Assembly: GCF_004010195.1 (NCBI RefSeq)
Contig: NC_057717.1
Span: forward strand, 107,482,709-107,546,708
Length of the DNA stretch: 64,000 nt
Origin: Chiloscyllium plagiosum
Lineage: Eukaryota
Direction of reading: 5' to 3'
The notes beneath the pieces were generated by a model. The model ran no database searches, was not told the origin of the DNA, and saw only the letters and a list, made by a program, of their open reading frames with translations. Shown here piece after piece: positions 49,110-61,434 of this stretch. Every line of letters starts with the position of its first letter. Position 1 is the first letter of the stretch. Position numbers and translations under genes: made by a program.

Positions 49110-50439
49110 AATAAAGAGATACCACTATGCTTTTTCAGTTCTACATCAGAGGTTCAGACCTAGATAACACACTTGCGTCTCCTGAATGGGACTTGAAACT
49201 ATAACTTTCAAACCAAGTGGCAAGAGTCCAACAACTGAACCATAGCTGACACATTCTAAACTACATTTGATGGAATTCTATGATATTTTGTGAAAATTGG
49301 AAACAGATTATGCACTTTAGCTTTGTTATGTTAGGCTTTTTTGTGCAGTGTATTGTGAAGTAGGTCTTATTTGGTATGAATATTGAATGTTACAGTTGAT
49401 TATAGTTGAGTATTTACTTGTTTGTTGAATCATTTGACAGAGATCCTGTGAATCAAAAGTAGGATGAGGTATTTCCCAAAGGAAAAGGAAGAATTATTGG
49501 AATCATTATTTGTTGACCGGAATGGTTGAGGGTTGAGAGAGTGTCAGGCAGATGTAAGGGGATTTTAAGTCTATAGAAAGTACAGTGGCTAAATGCACTG
49601 CCCACTCTGATAATTATTGATGTAAATCAAGTGTTCCCATGGTCAATATCTGTGCTCAGTTGGTGAATCAGGTCTCAGCAGTAGTGATGCTCCTTTGTCT
49701 TGGTGCCACATTTGGATGTGGTGGTCAGCAATTAAGTATTCTGTCATTGCCTAACCTTAATTAAATAAAGGTCCTTTGTACAAGGCTCCAGAAAGCTGCA
49801 AGTATCGAAGAATAATATTCCATAAGTGGTCAGCACCTTCAGGAGAGGAGAAAATTGAGTGAAAAGGAAATAAATTACTTTGAGATAAAGTATTACCAAT
49901 AAGCACAATCCTATTGATTAATCACTAAGCTAAAAAAAAGTTAGATATCAGAAACACAAACAAAATTGCTGGAAAAACTCAACAAGTCTTGCATCATCGG
50001 TGGAGGAAAAGCTTTCTGTATTAAACACACTGCCACATCTCCTCCAAGTATGCCTACCTGAAGAAGTTCTGCTTCTCTCTGACAGTTCTGAAGAAGGATC
50101 TCTGGACCTGAAACATTCACTCTACTTTCTCACCACCGGTCCTGCCGGACCTGTTGAGTTTTTCCAGGAATTTCGGTTTGTGTCCCACTGGTTAATTGTT
50201 TATTGTTTGTGTGTGCATTATTTGATCCAATCAAGTTACTAAAACTATGTGCAAATCATTTGCAAAACAACCAGATATATCATGGAACAGGGCATTCCTT
50301 ATATAAAAAGATTAGTGACCTATTCTAACATGCCATAAAACTGTTTCCAGAATTCAAAATTATATGAACTTGTTCCAGTTACTGACTTTTCGCAAAAGTC
50401 AGAAGTACCATTTTCAAATGTCAACAAGGTTTAAACACC

Positions 50440-50790
50440 AAAATGGGGCATGGACAGGATAAATAGACAAAGTCTCTTCCCTGAGGTGGACGAGTCCAGA
50501 AGTAGAGAGCATAGGTTTAGGGTGAGAGGAGAAAAATATAAAAGACCTAAGGGGCAATTTTTTCACGCAGAGGGTGGTATGTGTATGGAATGAGCTGCCA
50601 GAGGAAGTGATGGTGGCTGGTACAGTTGCAACATTTAGAAGGCATCTGGATGGGTATATGAATAGGAAGGGTTTGAAGGGGTATGGACCATTTGCTGGCA
50701 AGTGGGACTAGATTAGGTTAGGATATCTGGTCGGCATGGACGAGTTGGACAAAACGGTCTGTTTACATGCTGTACACCTCTGCGACTCTA
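50440..50790 (+). mobile_element. CR1 3' fragment
   Basis: ttcacgcagagggtggtatgtgtatggaatgagctgccagagg (FTQRVVCVWNELPE). Confidence 0.9.
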
Positions 50791-51036
50791 TAACAAGTCA
50801 TACCACATCTATGGAATTAACAGTGAAGTTTACATTGAAGTTTATGCCAATATGTCTTTATTTAGATGTTGCCTGACCTGCTGAGTGATTTCAGCATTTA
50901 TTGTTTCAAATTCCAACTATCTTTAAATGTTTTGGTTTCTTAACCATCTTTTACAATCATATACCTGCTTCATGTTGTTGTAGTATGTTGTTCATTGTTT
51001 AATTGATGTTCATTCTAACATTTTGTTTATTTTCAG

Positions 51037-51228
51037 ACTTAGAAGATGAAAAGTTGAGGCAGGCTAGTAAGCACCACAACCTTGAACATGAACGTGAGCA
51101 TGAACGTGAACATGAACATAGACATGAACATAAACATGAGCATAGACATGAGCGTGAACATGGACCTACTATTGAGCATAATAATTATTGGATAGTTGGG
51201 CAAAGACGCTTCAGAATGATTGTTATCA
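51037..51228 (+). CDS. Coding exon 6: His/Glu-rich stalk plus start of the TM helix, (D)LEDEKLRQASKHHNLEHEREH...GQRRFRMIVI
   Basis: Branch-like ctaac, acceptor ttttgtttattttcag, donor A|gtgagt, 192 nt, phase 1-1. Lies inside ORF 51003..51236. Confidence 0.85.
51084..51161 (+). repeat. Coding hexamer repeat, 13 units (mostly GAR-CRT), encoding EHEREHEREHEHRHEHKHEHRHEREH
   Basis: Read directly: 78 nt of gaacat/gaacgt/gagcat/agacat/aaacat/gagcgt units. Confidence 0.95.
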
Positions 51229-51689
51229 GTGAGTAATAAAGAAGGTGGTAACTATGAAAATTCCTTACAGCTCCACCAATGTTCATTAAATCTATTAAAC
51301 AAATAACTGGCCATCACACTGCTGAAAGATCCTAAGTTTGATTTCCAATGGACCTTGTTTTTCCATTGTTGAGTGAATCAGGGGTTCCAATAATAAGGGA
51401 ACAGAGTATCAACAAATAAATGTAAAATATCTCTGAAGGCAATTCAGTGGCTGCTTCTTCCTCCGAGACAGCCAACCATCAGTGTTTACCACTGCAAATT
51501 TCAACTTCCATCCTGGCACAACCCCCAGTAGAGACTAAGCCATTCACCCACCCTTCATGTGCACTTAACTCTACAGGTAAAAAGGTTCTTGATGGAGGAT
51601 GTTCTGATTAACCTACTGACTTTACATTTCAATGGAAAATCCATCCTAACATCTTGATGAATTTGAGGAATTGGTGTGAGGATGGATGT

Positions 51690-52100
51690 GTTGTCCCAAT
51701 CAAAGTGGTGTCCTTCTTCATCTGTATATAAGGATACTAGTGATGGTGGGTCATGTCTTTTCGTGGCTGGTTGGTGGCCTGTCTGATGTAGTGTTCATTA
51801 CAGTCCTCGCATGGTATTTTGTAAATGACATTTGTTTTGCTGATTGTTTGTAAAGGGTCCTTTAGGTTCACCAGCTGCTGTTTAAGTGTGTGGGCTACCA
51901 TGATGCCAAGGGGTCAGAGTAGTCTGGTAGTCATCTCCAAGATGTCTTTGATGTATGGTAATGTGGCTAGAGATTCTGGGTGTGTTACGTCTGCTTGTCT
52001 GGGTTTGTTGTTTAGGAATCGGCGGATTGTGTTTATTGGGTAACCGTTATTCTTGAATAAGCTGTATAGGTATTTTTCATCTGCTGCTCATAGAACTACG
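51690..52100 (-). mobile_element. Penelope-like element, GIY-YIG endonuclease fragment
   Basis: Reverse strand of 51781-51838 reads KTNVIYKIPCEDCNEHYIRQ. Confidence 0.8.
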
Positions 52101-52399
52101 AGCAATACAGCCTTATCCAATGTATCCACTTTACTAATTTTGAAAGTCTTTAATGATTGAATTTCCTCCTCTGTCATCATGGTCTGTATAGCATCAGTTG
52201 CATTTATATCTGCAAGTGTATTTTACCAGGGTTTTAGTGTTCATGTACCCCAATCTTTCACTTAGACACACATTTATCCATGATTAAAGAATCAAAACCA
52301 GCTTTTTTAATTCCAATGGCAAGATTTAGGAATCTAGTATACTATCAGGATAAGGAGCCTTATTAAACAATGAAGTTTTGTACACTTAGAGCACACTAA

Positions 52400-53245
52400 G
52401 TGTGCTTAGGCAGAGAGTTGGGATAAAAGGTTCTTTTTCGGAATGGCAGCCGGTGACAAGCGGTGTCCCGCAGGGTTCAGTGTTGGGGCCGCAGCTGTTC
52501 ACATTATATATTAATGATCTGGATGAAGCGACTGGGGGCATTCTAGCGAAGTTTGCTGATGATACAAAGTTAGGTGGACAGGTGGAGAGGAAGTGGGGAG
52601 GCTGTAGAAGGATCTAGACAGTTTGGGAGAGTGGTCCAGGAAATGGCTGATGGAATTCAATGTGAGCAAATGCGAGGTCTTGCACTTTGGAAAAAAGAAT
52701 ACAAGCATGGACTACTTACTAAACAGTGAGAAAATTCGTAAAGCCAAAGTACAAAGGGATCTGGGAGTGCTCGTCGAGGATTCTCTAAAGGTAAACATGC
52801 AGGTTGAGTTCGTGATTAAGAAAGCGAATGCAGTGTTGTCATTTATCTCAAGAGGGTTGGAATATAAAAGCACCGTTGTGCTACTGAGACTTTATAAAGC
52901 TCTGGTTAGGCCCCATTTGGAGTACTGTGTCCAGTTTTGGTCCCCACAGGACCCGTGGACACAGCCTTAGAATTAGAGGGGATAAATTCAGAACAGAAAT
53001 GCAGAGGCATTTCTTCAGCCAGAGACTGGTGGGCCTGTGGAATTCATTGCCGCAGAGTGCAGTGGAGGCCGGGAGCTAAATGTCTTCAAGGCAGAGATTG
53101 ATAAATTCTTGATGTCACAAGGAATTAAGGGCTAGGGGGAGAATGCGGGTAAGTGGAGTTTGAAATGCCTATCAGCCATGATTGAATGGTGGAGTGGACT
53201 CGATGGGCCGAATGGCCTTACTTCCACTTCTGTGTCTTAATGTAT
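52400..53245 (+). mobile_element. CR1 RT plus 3' end with an internal deletion near 52950
   Basis: [24 protein letters not shown]...FADDTK; LVRPHLEYCVQFWSP. Confidence 0.92.
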
Positions 53246-53384
53246 GCTCTTTCATTATTAAGAATATTTTGATTATTCCTTTGTTTACTAACATGTCTAC
53301 TCTGTGCATTTATCAGATTCAGGGTTTACCTATTTCTAGATTTAAGTCCCTTGTTGTGATTTCTTTCTCTCTTTTTATTTACAG

Positions 53385-53475
53385 TTATTTTAGCTGTTAT
53401 CGTGAGTTTTATTGTATTGTTGATATTGACCTGGTTCCTTCTTCCAAAAAAGAATGTAAAGAAAGTAAAGAAAAC
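53385..53475 (+). CDS. Coding exon 7: rest of the transmembrane helix and Lys-rich stop-transfer, (I)ILAVIVSFIVLLILTWFLLPKKNVKKVKK-T
   Basis: Long polypyrimidine acceptor tttctttctctctttttatttacag, donor AC|gtaagt, 91 nt, phase 1-2. Continues the hydrophobic run begun at the end of exon 6. Confidence 0.85.
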
Positions 53476-54469
53476 GTAAGTCTCCTACACGTATATTATA
53501 CACACCCATTTTTAACTTGGTACTCTTCCAAAAAATACAGAATTGTGCAGTAGCAAATTCGTACTGTTAAGCCATTTAAAAAAATTGTCACTGGCCAGAG
53601 GTCACCTTTAATCACAAATTTCCCAAAGAGCGTTTAAGTGTCAATGAGATGGTTTTTCACATGATTACATGGTCACCATTCAGCTCACTTTTTATTCCAG
53701 ATTTTTATTGAATTCAGATTTCACCATCTGCCATGGTGGTATTTGAGCCTATGCATCTAGAACATTGGATTCTGGATTGTTAGTCCACCACTACACCACC
53801 ACCTCCTTGTGAGATTCATTAAACGTATACAAATGCATGGAAATAAAGATAATTGCTGTTCATTAGTAAGATTCTGAAGGGGAACATCAACATTTTTTTA
53901 CTTGATGTTTAGAATCTGATTTTTTTTCACTTTCATTGTATCTTCCCACATTTCTCACCGTTGCCCAGGGAACTCAAAAGAAATTGAAAAGCCCACCCAA
54001 TTTATAAGCTCCTATTATGCCCCCTTTAAAGGCAAATCCATGTGCAGTGATCAGTTAACTATACTGAAGAATATAACATTTTCAGAGCCATCATAACCTT
54101 TCTTTGGAGCACAACCTTTGCTCACTGCAGCGTAATGTTCAACGTATGAATCTGAACCTGTGTTAGTTATCATGCTCTGTTGTTCTCCCCTTCTAAATCA
54201 GAAGGAATGACTGGTCTACTGTCACTCTTGCATTGGAACCCCAGCACTGACCATTCAACAGGGACCTAACTTCTTTATTGGCAACTTGTTTGGGTTCCAT
54301 TTGCTGTGGGTGTGTTTGGTCTGTGATTAACTGCATTTGTACAGTAATAAATTGTTCTTTGATAATAGGTTACGTTATAGGTTACTTTGTTCACCTGTTG
54401 TTTACTTTAATCTTCCATTTTAGAAAACATTTTTGTTTTGATGACATTTGGTGTGAGACTTTTGACTTA

Positions 54470-57400
54470 AAATTAATTGATCGCACACATTCAAGTGAAT
54501 AAATATGATCCGGCAACCATTTCAGAAACATGGCTAAAGTATGACAAAAATTGTAATCAGAATAATGAGAGATGTTCGATTTGCAAGGAAATTAGTAAGT
54601 TAGGTAAAGGTGGAGAAGTTACAGTGTTAATCAAGGAAGACATTTGTGTAACAGTTAAAGGTGATCTCAGTTTAGGAGATCAGGATTAGAATGGGGTTGG
54701 ATGGAGAGGGGAAATAGTATGGGGAAGATGTCACCAATGGGAATGGTCTACATGCCCTCTTAGAGTAACCACAACGTGGGATAAGATATACAAGAAGAAA
54801 TTCTGGTGTTTGTGATAAAGGGAAGGCGATAATCAAGGATGACTTTAATCTAAACAGGAAACATCAGATTAGCATTGGTACCCCGGATGAGGAATTCATG
54901 GAAAGGTTTTTAAATAGTTTCTTAGAGCAGCATTTTCTGGAGGCAACCAGAGAGCAGGTTAAATTATTGTGTGATGCAACAGTATTAATTATTAACCTCA
55001 GAGTAAAGCTACCTGTAACTATCAATAACTGTACTACTACTGAATTTTACTTTCAGTTTGAAAGGGAGAAAATTAGGTCTATGACCTAGTATTTTAAACC
55101 TAAATAAGGGCAACTACATAGACATGGAAACTGAGCAAGCTGAAGCAAACTGGCATACTAGGCTAGAGGATAGATGAATGGGATACAGTGGCAAGCATTT
55201 AAGGGGATATTTCAGAATATTTAGAATACTTACGTTCCTACTATATTGAACAATACTAAAGGGAGGACCAACTATCTGTGATTAACTAAAGAAGTTAAGG
55301 AAAGCATCAAACCTGAGGAAAAATGTATAAGGGTGAAGGAACCTTCGATGACAAGAGATGTGGAGTGTCGAGTCAAGAGGAAGAAGGAAGCTTTCTTAAG
55401 GTTAAAGAAGCAAGGATCAGACAGCGCTCTAAAGGGTTATAAGGTAGCCAGAAAGGAACTGAAGGATGGACTTAGGATAGCTAGATGGGGACATGAAAAA
55501 TCTTTAGCATGTAGGATTAAGGAAAATCCCAAGCCGTTCTACACTTAGGTGAAGAACAAGAGGATGGCCAGTGTGAAGGTAGGGCTGATCAGGGGTAGTG
55601 AAAGTAACTTGTGCTTAGAGTCGGAGAAGCTAGGGGAGGTCCTTAATGAATACTTTGCTTCAGTATTCACTAGTGAGAGGGACATTGTTGTTTGTGAGGA
55701 CAGCATGAAACAGGCTGATATGCCTAAACAGGTTAATGTTAAGAATGAGGATGTGCTGGAAATCTTGAAAAACATGAACCAGACAGGATGTACCCAAGGT
55801 TACTACAGGAAGCAAGAGAAGAGATTGCTGTGCCTTCGTCGATGATCTTTGCGTTCTCAATGTTCACTGGAGTAGTACCAGATGATTGGAGTTAGCAAAT
55901 GTTAATCTTTTGTTCAAGAAAGGGAATTGGGATAACCCCAGGAATTACAAACCAGTCAGTCTTAAGTCACTGGTGGGCAAGTTATTGGAGAGGATTCTGA
56001 GGGACAGTATTTATGATTACTTGAAAAAGCATTGTCTGATTAAAGATAGTCAGCATGGTTTTGTGAGTGGCAGGTTGTGCCTCACAAGCCTTATTGAATT
56101 CTTGGAGCATGTGACAAAACACATTGATGAAGGTAGAGCAATGCATGTTGTGTGTATGGATTTTAGCAAGCATTTGATCAGGTTCCCCATGGTAGGCTCA
56201 TTCAGAAAGTAAGGGATGCATGGGATACAGGGAAATTTGGCTGTTGATTCTGGCTTATAGAATACAGTGAGTGGCAGTAGATGGAAAGTATTCAGCCCAG
56301 AGCTTGATGTCCAATGGTGTTCCACAAGGGTCTGTTCTGAGACATCTGCTGTTTGTGACTTTTATAAATGACTTAGATGAGGAAGTGGAAGGGTGGGTTA
56401 GTAAGCTTGCAAATGACACGAAGATTGGTGGAGTTGTGGATAGTGTGGAGGGCTGTTGTCGGTTGCAACAGGACACTGACAGGATGCAGAGCTGGGCTGA
56501 GAAGTGGCAGATCGAGTTCAACCTGAAAAAGTGTGAAGTGATTCATTTTGGAAGGTCAAATTTGAATGCAGATTACAGGGTTAAAGGCAGGATTCTTGGC
56601 AGTGTGAAGAACAGGTTCTTAGGGTCCACGCCCATAAGATCCCTCAAAGTTGCCACCCAAGTTGTTAGAGTTAAGAAAGCATACGGTGTGTTGGCTTTCA
56701 GTAGGAGGGGGATTGAGTTTAAGAGCTGCAGGCTATGCTGCAGCTCTATAAAACCCTGGCTAGACCACACTTGGAATATTGTGTTCAGTTCTGGTTATTT
56801 CATTATAGGAAGAATGTGGAAGCTTTAGAGAAGGTGCAGAGAAGATTTACTAAGATGCTGCCTGGACTGGAGGGAATGTCTTATGAAGAAAAGTTGAGGG
56901 AGCTAGGGCTTTTCTTATTGGAGTGAAGAAGGATGAGAGGTGACTTGATAGAGGTGTACACGATAATGAGAGGCATAGATAGAGTGGATAGCTAGAGACT
57001 TTTTCCCTGGGCGGAAATGGCTCTCACAGTGGGGGGCATGATTTTGAAGTGATTGAAGGGAGGTTTAGGGGAGATGTCAGAGGTAAGTTCTTTACAAAGA
57101 GAGTGATTGCATTGTGAAATGCATTGCCAGCATTGATAGTAGAGTCAGATACATTTGGGACATTTAAGGAACTCTGGGATAGGCACATGGATGATAGTAA
57201 AATGTATGGGATGTAGGTTAGTTTGATATTAGAGAAGGATAAAAGGTCAGCACAACATCGAGGGCCGAAGGGCCTGTATGTGCTGTACCGTTCTATCTTC
57301 TATGTGCAAAGATGAATGGTTAGAATATATCCAATGGCTGAGAATGACTGAAAATTTAATGATGAGAGGAATCTAGCTAGGAATGTCAAAGCAGATAGGA

Positions 57401-58400
57401 AGAATTTCCACATATATTTTAAAAAGGAAAGTGTCAGTAAAGTAAATGTTGGTCCTCTGCAGAGTGAGAATGGGGAGATAATAGCAAATAACAAGGAAGT
57501 GGTGGGTGATATGAACAAATATTTTGTTTCTGTCTTCAGTAGAGGTTTCAAAAACATTACAATAATAATTTCAAATCAGGAGATGGAAAGGGGAGAGAAA
57601 CTTAGCAAAAGTACAATTACAAGAGGAGCAGTATAATGCAAATTGATGGAGTTGAAGGCTAATAAGCCTCTGGGTCCAGAGGAACTTCATCCTATGGTCT
57701 TAAAAGTGATAACTAGTGAGGATGTAAATGCATAGGTGTTAATTTTTCTGAAATTCCCTAGAAAGTTTCCTTCAGGCTGGAAATAAACATACATAACCTC
57801 TCTATTCAAGAATGGAGCAATACAGAAAACTGGAAATATTGTAGGCCAGTTAGCTTGATCTCTGTCATGGAAGTTGTTAAAATCGATCCATAAAGAGATT
57901 ATGGCTCTACGCTTAGAAAATCTTGAGGTAATCAGGAAGAATTTGTGTGGTTTGTCAAAGGGAAATCCTGTAGAATGATTTTATTGGAGTTCTTTGAAGG
58001 AATAAAATGCACTGTGAATAAAGGGGAGCCTGTGGACATACTATAGCTGGATTTCCAGAAGGCTTTTGCTAAAGTGCAATATTAAAACCTTTTGGGTAAA
58101 ATACAAGCTGATAGTGTTGCAGTAATATTGTTACATGGATGGCTGGCAAAAAACAGAGTATACATAGATTGATCTCTCTAATTGGTAGAATGTAACAAGT
58201 GGAGTCCTGCTGCTATCCTTGCTGGGGCCTCAACATCAGGACAACATTGATTACTTAAGTGAAGGGAGCAAAGGCATGGTAGCTATATTCACAGACAACA
58301 CCAACATAGATTGAAAAGTATGTTGTGAAGAAGTCAAAAAGAAGTTACAGGGGACTATAGATAAAATGAGTCAGTGGACAAAAATCTGGCAGACTGAGTC
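54470..58400 (+). mobile_element. Old CR1 (54470-55330, 57305-58400) split by a younger CR1 (55330-57305)
   Basis: Endonuclease motif ISETWL (ORF 54477); RT motifs in ORFs 55886, 56271 and 56735; the older copy resumes at 57305. Confidence 0.88.
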
Positions 58401-59290
58401 TTATGTTTTGGTCTCTCTGACCAATATTGTCATGGCCAGATACATCTGCAGCAGGTGGATTGGTGAGGATCAGGTCAAAGATGTTTTTGCCTCTGTTGGT
58501 TCCTTCACATCCAGCCACAGACCCAGTCTAGCAGCTAAGTCCTTTAGACTCAATTAGCTTGGTCATGGGTACTGCTGCTGAGTCACTTGTGATGCTGGAC
58601 ATGGAAATCCACCGGGCAGAATACATTCTACACTTTTACCACTCTCAGTGCTTCCTCCAACTGATGGTGACCACGGAGGAGTACTGATTCATCAGCCAAA
58701 GGAGAATATTATGTAGTAATCAGCAGGAATTTCCCTTGAATATGTTTGACCCAAAGGTATTATATTTCATGGGGCCCAATGTTAAGGACTGCCAAAGCAA
58801 TTTCCTTCTGAATGTATCCCACTGTGCCACCACCTCTGCTGGGTCAGCCCTGCCTGCAGGAAAGGACCCCTCCCAATTTTGGTACTCATCCCCAGATGTT
58901 GTAAGGAGGACTTTTTTCGCTGGCAGGGCTGAGTTTCCTATTGTCGTTTCCAATGCTTCGGTTGACACCAGGTGGTCATTCTGACTTCATCCCTTTTCTG
59001 AAACTTCTTAGTGGTTGATAAACTACTGATGGATTCTTAGGTCATTTCAGATAGCAGTTAAGTGTCAACCACATTGCTGTAGGTCAGGAGTCAAATGTAG
59101 ACTAGACCAGGTAAGGACTTGTCCTTCCCAAAAGGGGCATCAGTGGACCAGATGGATTTCTATGGCGGTGGGTTCCCAGTCATCATTAGACTTTTAATTC
59201 CAAGAATTTATTGAATTGTTGTGGTGGGATTCAAACCAAAGCATTATTTGCATTGCTGGACTAATAGTCCAGTGGCAATAGCACAACATC
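58400..59290 (-). mobile_element. Decayed CR1/L2-clade LINE fragments
   Basis: Shares segments with 2745-4400 (gagtcaaccac, cattagact..ttttaatt). Confidence 0.55.
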
Positions 59291-59890
59291 ACTACTTACT
59301 TCTTAGAAACACGTGAGGGAAATCCCCAGCTTCGACTGTTGTTACTGGTGATGACATACCTGACCATTTGCAAATTGACATTTACATCTGTGATGGGCAT
59401 AAAACTGACAAGAACAATCCACGTCTTTTGAATCTCCCTTGTCACTTCTATATTCAGTTAACAATATGTGATCGTCCTTAGACTGTTGTTCACTGATACT
59501 TTCTCTTAGTATACAGTACTCCCTAGCAACCTGTAAATCAGTCTTAAGAATTAATTTTCTTGCTCATTTTTAGTTTTTGTTTAACCTCCTATTTCTTAGC
59601 CATAGCTGTGTTTGCATTGGCACACATGTAAAATTGCTGATGCCACAGGAATGCTGTTACATTAGCATCTGTTTACCTTGGATCCATAGTTTTAAATCAG
59701 TCGCTTCTTTTAAACAGGGCTTTTTCTCCTTTTCCTAACAGCTGTTCTAATTGTGGGATCATTTGATCCTTATTTTGATTCTTATTATTTCTTATACCAT
59801 AATCCTGAGTAGGACAGAAATAAGTGCTAAATGTCAAGAGATGTCTCCCTTCCGCTGATTTCCATATTTTACTTTTGATTTTTCCTTCAG

Positions 59891-59939
59891 TAAAAGTAAT
59901 ATCACAGTGAAACCAGTTACTACTTTCATTCAACATTGA
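59891..59939 (+). CDS. Candidate terminal coding exon 8a: (T)KSNITVKPVTTFIQH-stop
   Basis: Strong acceptor (ctgat branch-like, ttttacttttgatttttccttcag). Open in phase 2 to TGA at 59937-59939, followed by AT-rich UTR-like sequence. Confidence 0.5.
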
Positions 59940-61434
59940 GACTGCAACATGCTAATTTTCCATTGGGATGCAAGCAAACTTTTTTTGTATTGTGAAATGT
60001 GTTTTGCTTTGATGCCTATCTGTCTGATCGTTAGTCTATCTCTTGTGATACAATTTTTTAATTATTTTACTTTTTTAATAGTTTACAAATCAAATGTCTG
60101 GTCTTTTTATCTTGTTCTGCTAGTTTGTCAGAAATTACAAGGTTGTTTAATATATTGAAGATGTTAATTTCATTTAGTTCTTGATTATGGAATTAACCTA
60201 AGAAATAACCTTGGAGCCAATTTTCATATAAAGGCTAATATTACACTTTTATGTCTTCCCTTCACCCTTGATTTCAGTCATGAGTGATGGCTGATGTATG
60301 GTCAAGTTGTCGATAAACAAAATATTTTTGCCATTAATGTTAGCAAGACCAATCTATGCTGTTCAGACCCTGCTAGAAATTTCATTTAGTTCTTGATTAT
60401 GGAATTAATTTGAGAATTAATTACTGAAATTAACCTAATCAAAACAAATAAATGTTGTTCTCACAAGTATATGTGTGAGCCAAAGTTGAATTCTCAAATT
60501 GAAAATTAAAAGAGAATTATTATTTTAAAAAAAAGGGTATGATATAAATATACATCAATGTTTTCAGCTTCAAACCTGATGTGTATTTATATCATACCCT
60601 GTTTTTGACAGATTGATGATCAGGTTGATGTACAGTTTTAGATTCCTCAAAGTGCTTCATTTACATTAGATCTTTCAAATTTTGCCTTTGCAAGCAACTA
60701 ACTTCAAAAAATGTTGCTCAAAACTTTAATTTATCAAGACGTCATCTCAAACCATGTTTATACAATTTCATAGCTGGTCAGTTTAATTTCTGCTTTCTTT
60801 AAATTGGAGTTTCACTGCCAGGGAATATTATCCATTCAAACAGATATTGATACATTGTGCTTCTTGCTATCAACCTTGTCTACTGGTTGGTTTCATCATT
60901 GAGATGGTCAAAGCTAGAATGAAGTTGAGCTATGCACATTTTATCTGACTTCCTGCTGTTCCTAATAAACGGAATCTTAACTGGCAAATTAGGACTTTTA
61001 ACTGCAAGCTTCAAAATTACAGCTTTTAAGACCTTAATAAAACTAGTTGAATACTTTGAATATTTCTTCAATTAAAACCTAATTGTGATATATTATTTGG
61101 TCAGTCATGTATTTCTGGCTATTTGCTAATTCTGGAACAAAATTTATTATATGTGAGTAATTAAAAAACAGATAAATCAAGATGGTTTCAAATTTGCAAT
61201 GATTGTATAAGATGGTGTCTTGCTGGCTAATGACAATGAATATAATATGAAATTAATCTATAGGTGTTCTAGTTACCCATAAAAAGAACTATCTAGGCTT
61301 GCTTACAGTCAGTGCTGCTGATCCATTAATTTTCTAAGTGTAAAGTATACCTTCTATATTTGTGAAGTCTTTTTTTTTTAACAAATTTACACACCAGCAT
61401 GTTCACTCAAAATCATATTTCTGTTATATTTCAG

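Noticed and set aside
52390..52406. Short palindrome agcacactaagtgtgct
   Set aside because: It lies at the 5' truncation point of a CR1 copy and is most simply an insertion-junction by-product.
60612..60623. 12-nt micro-exon ATTGATGATCAG after tttttgacag
   Set aside because: Weak donor (gttgat) and no independent support.
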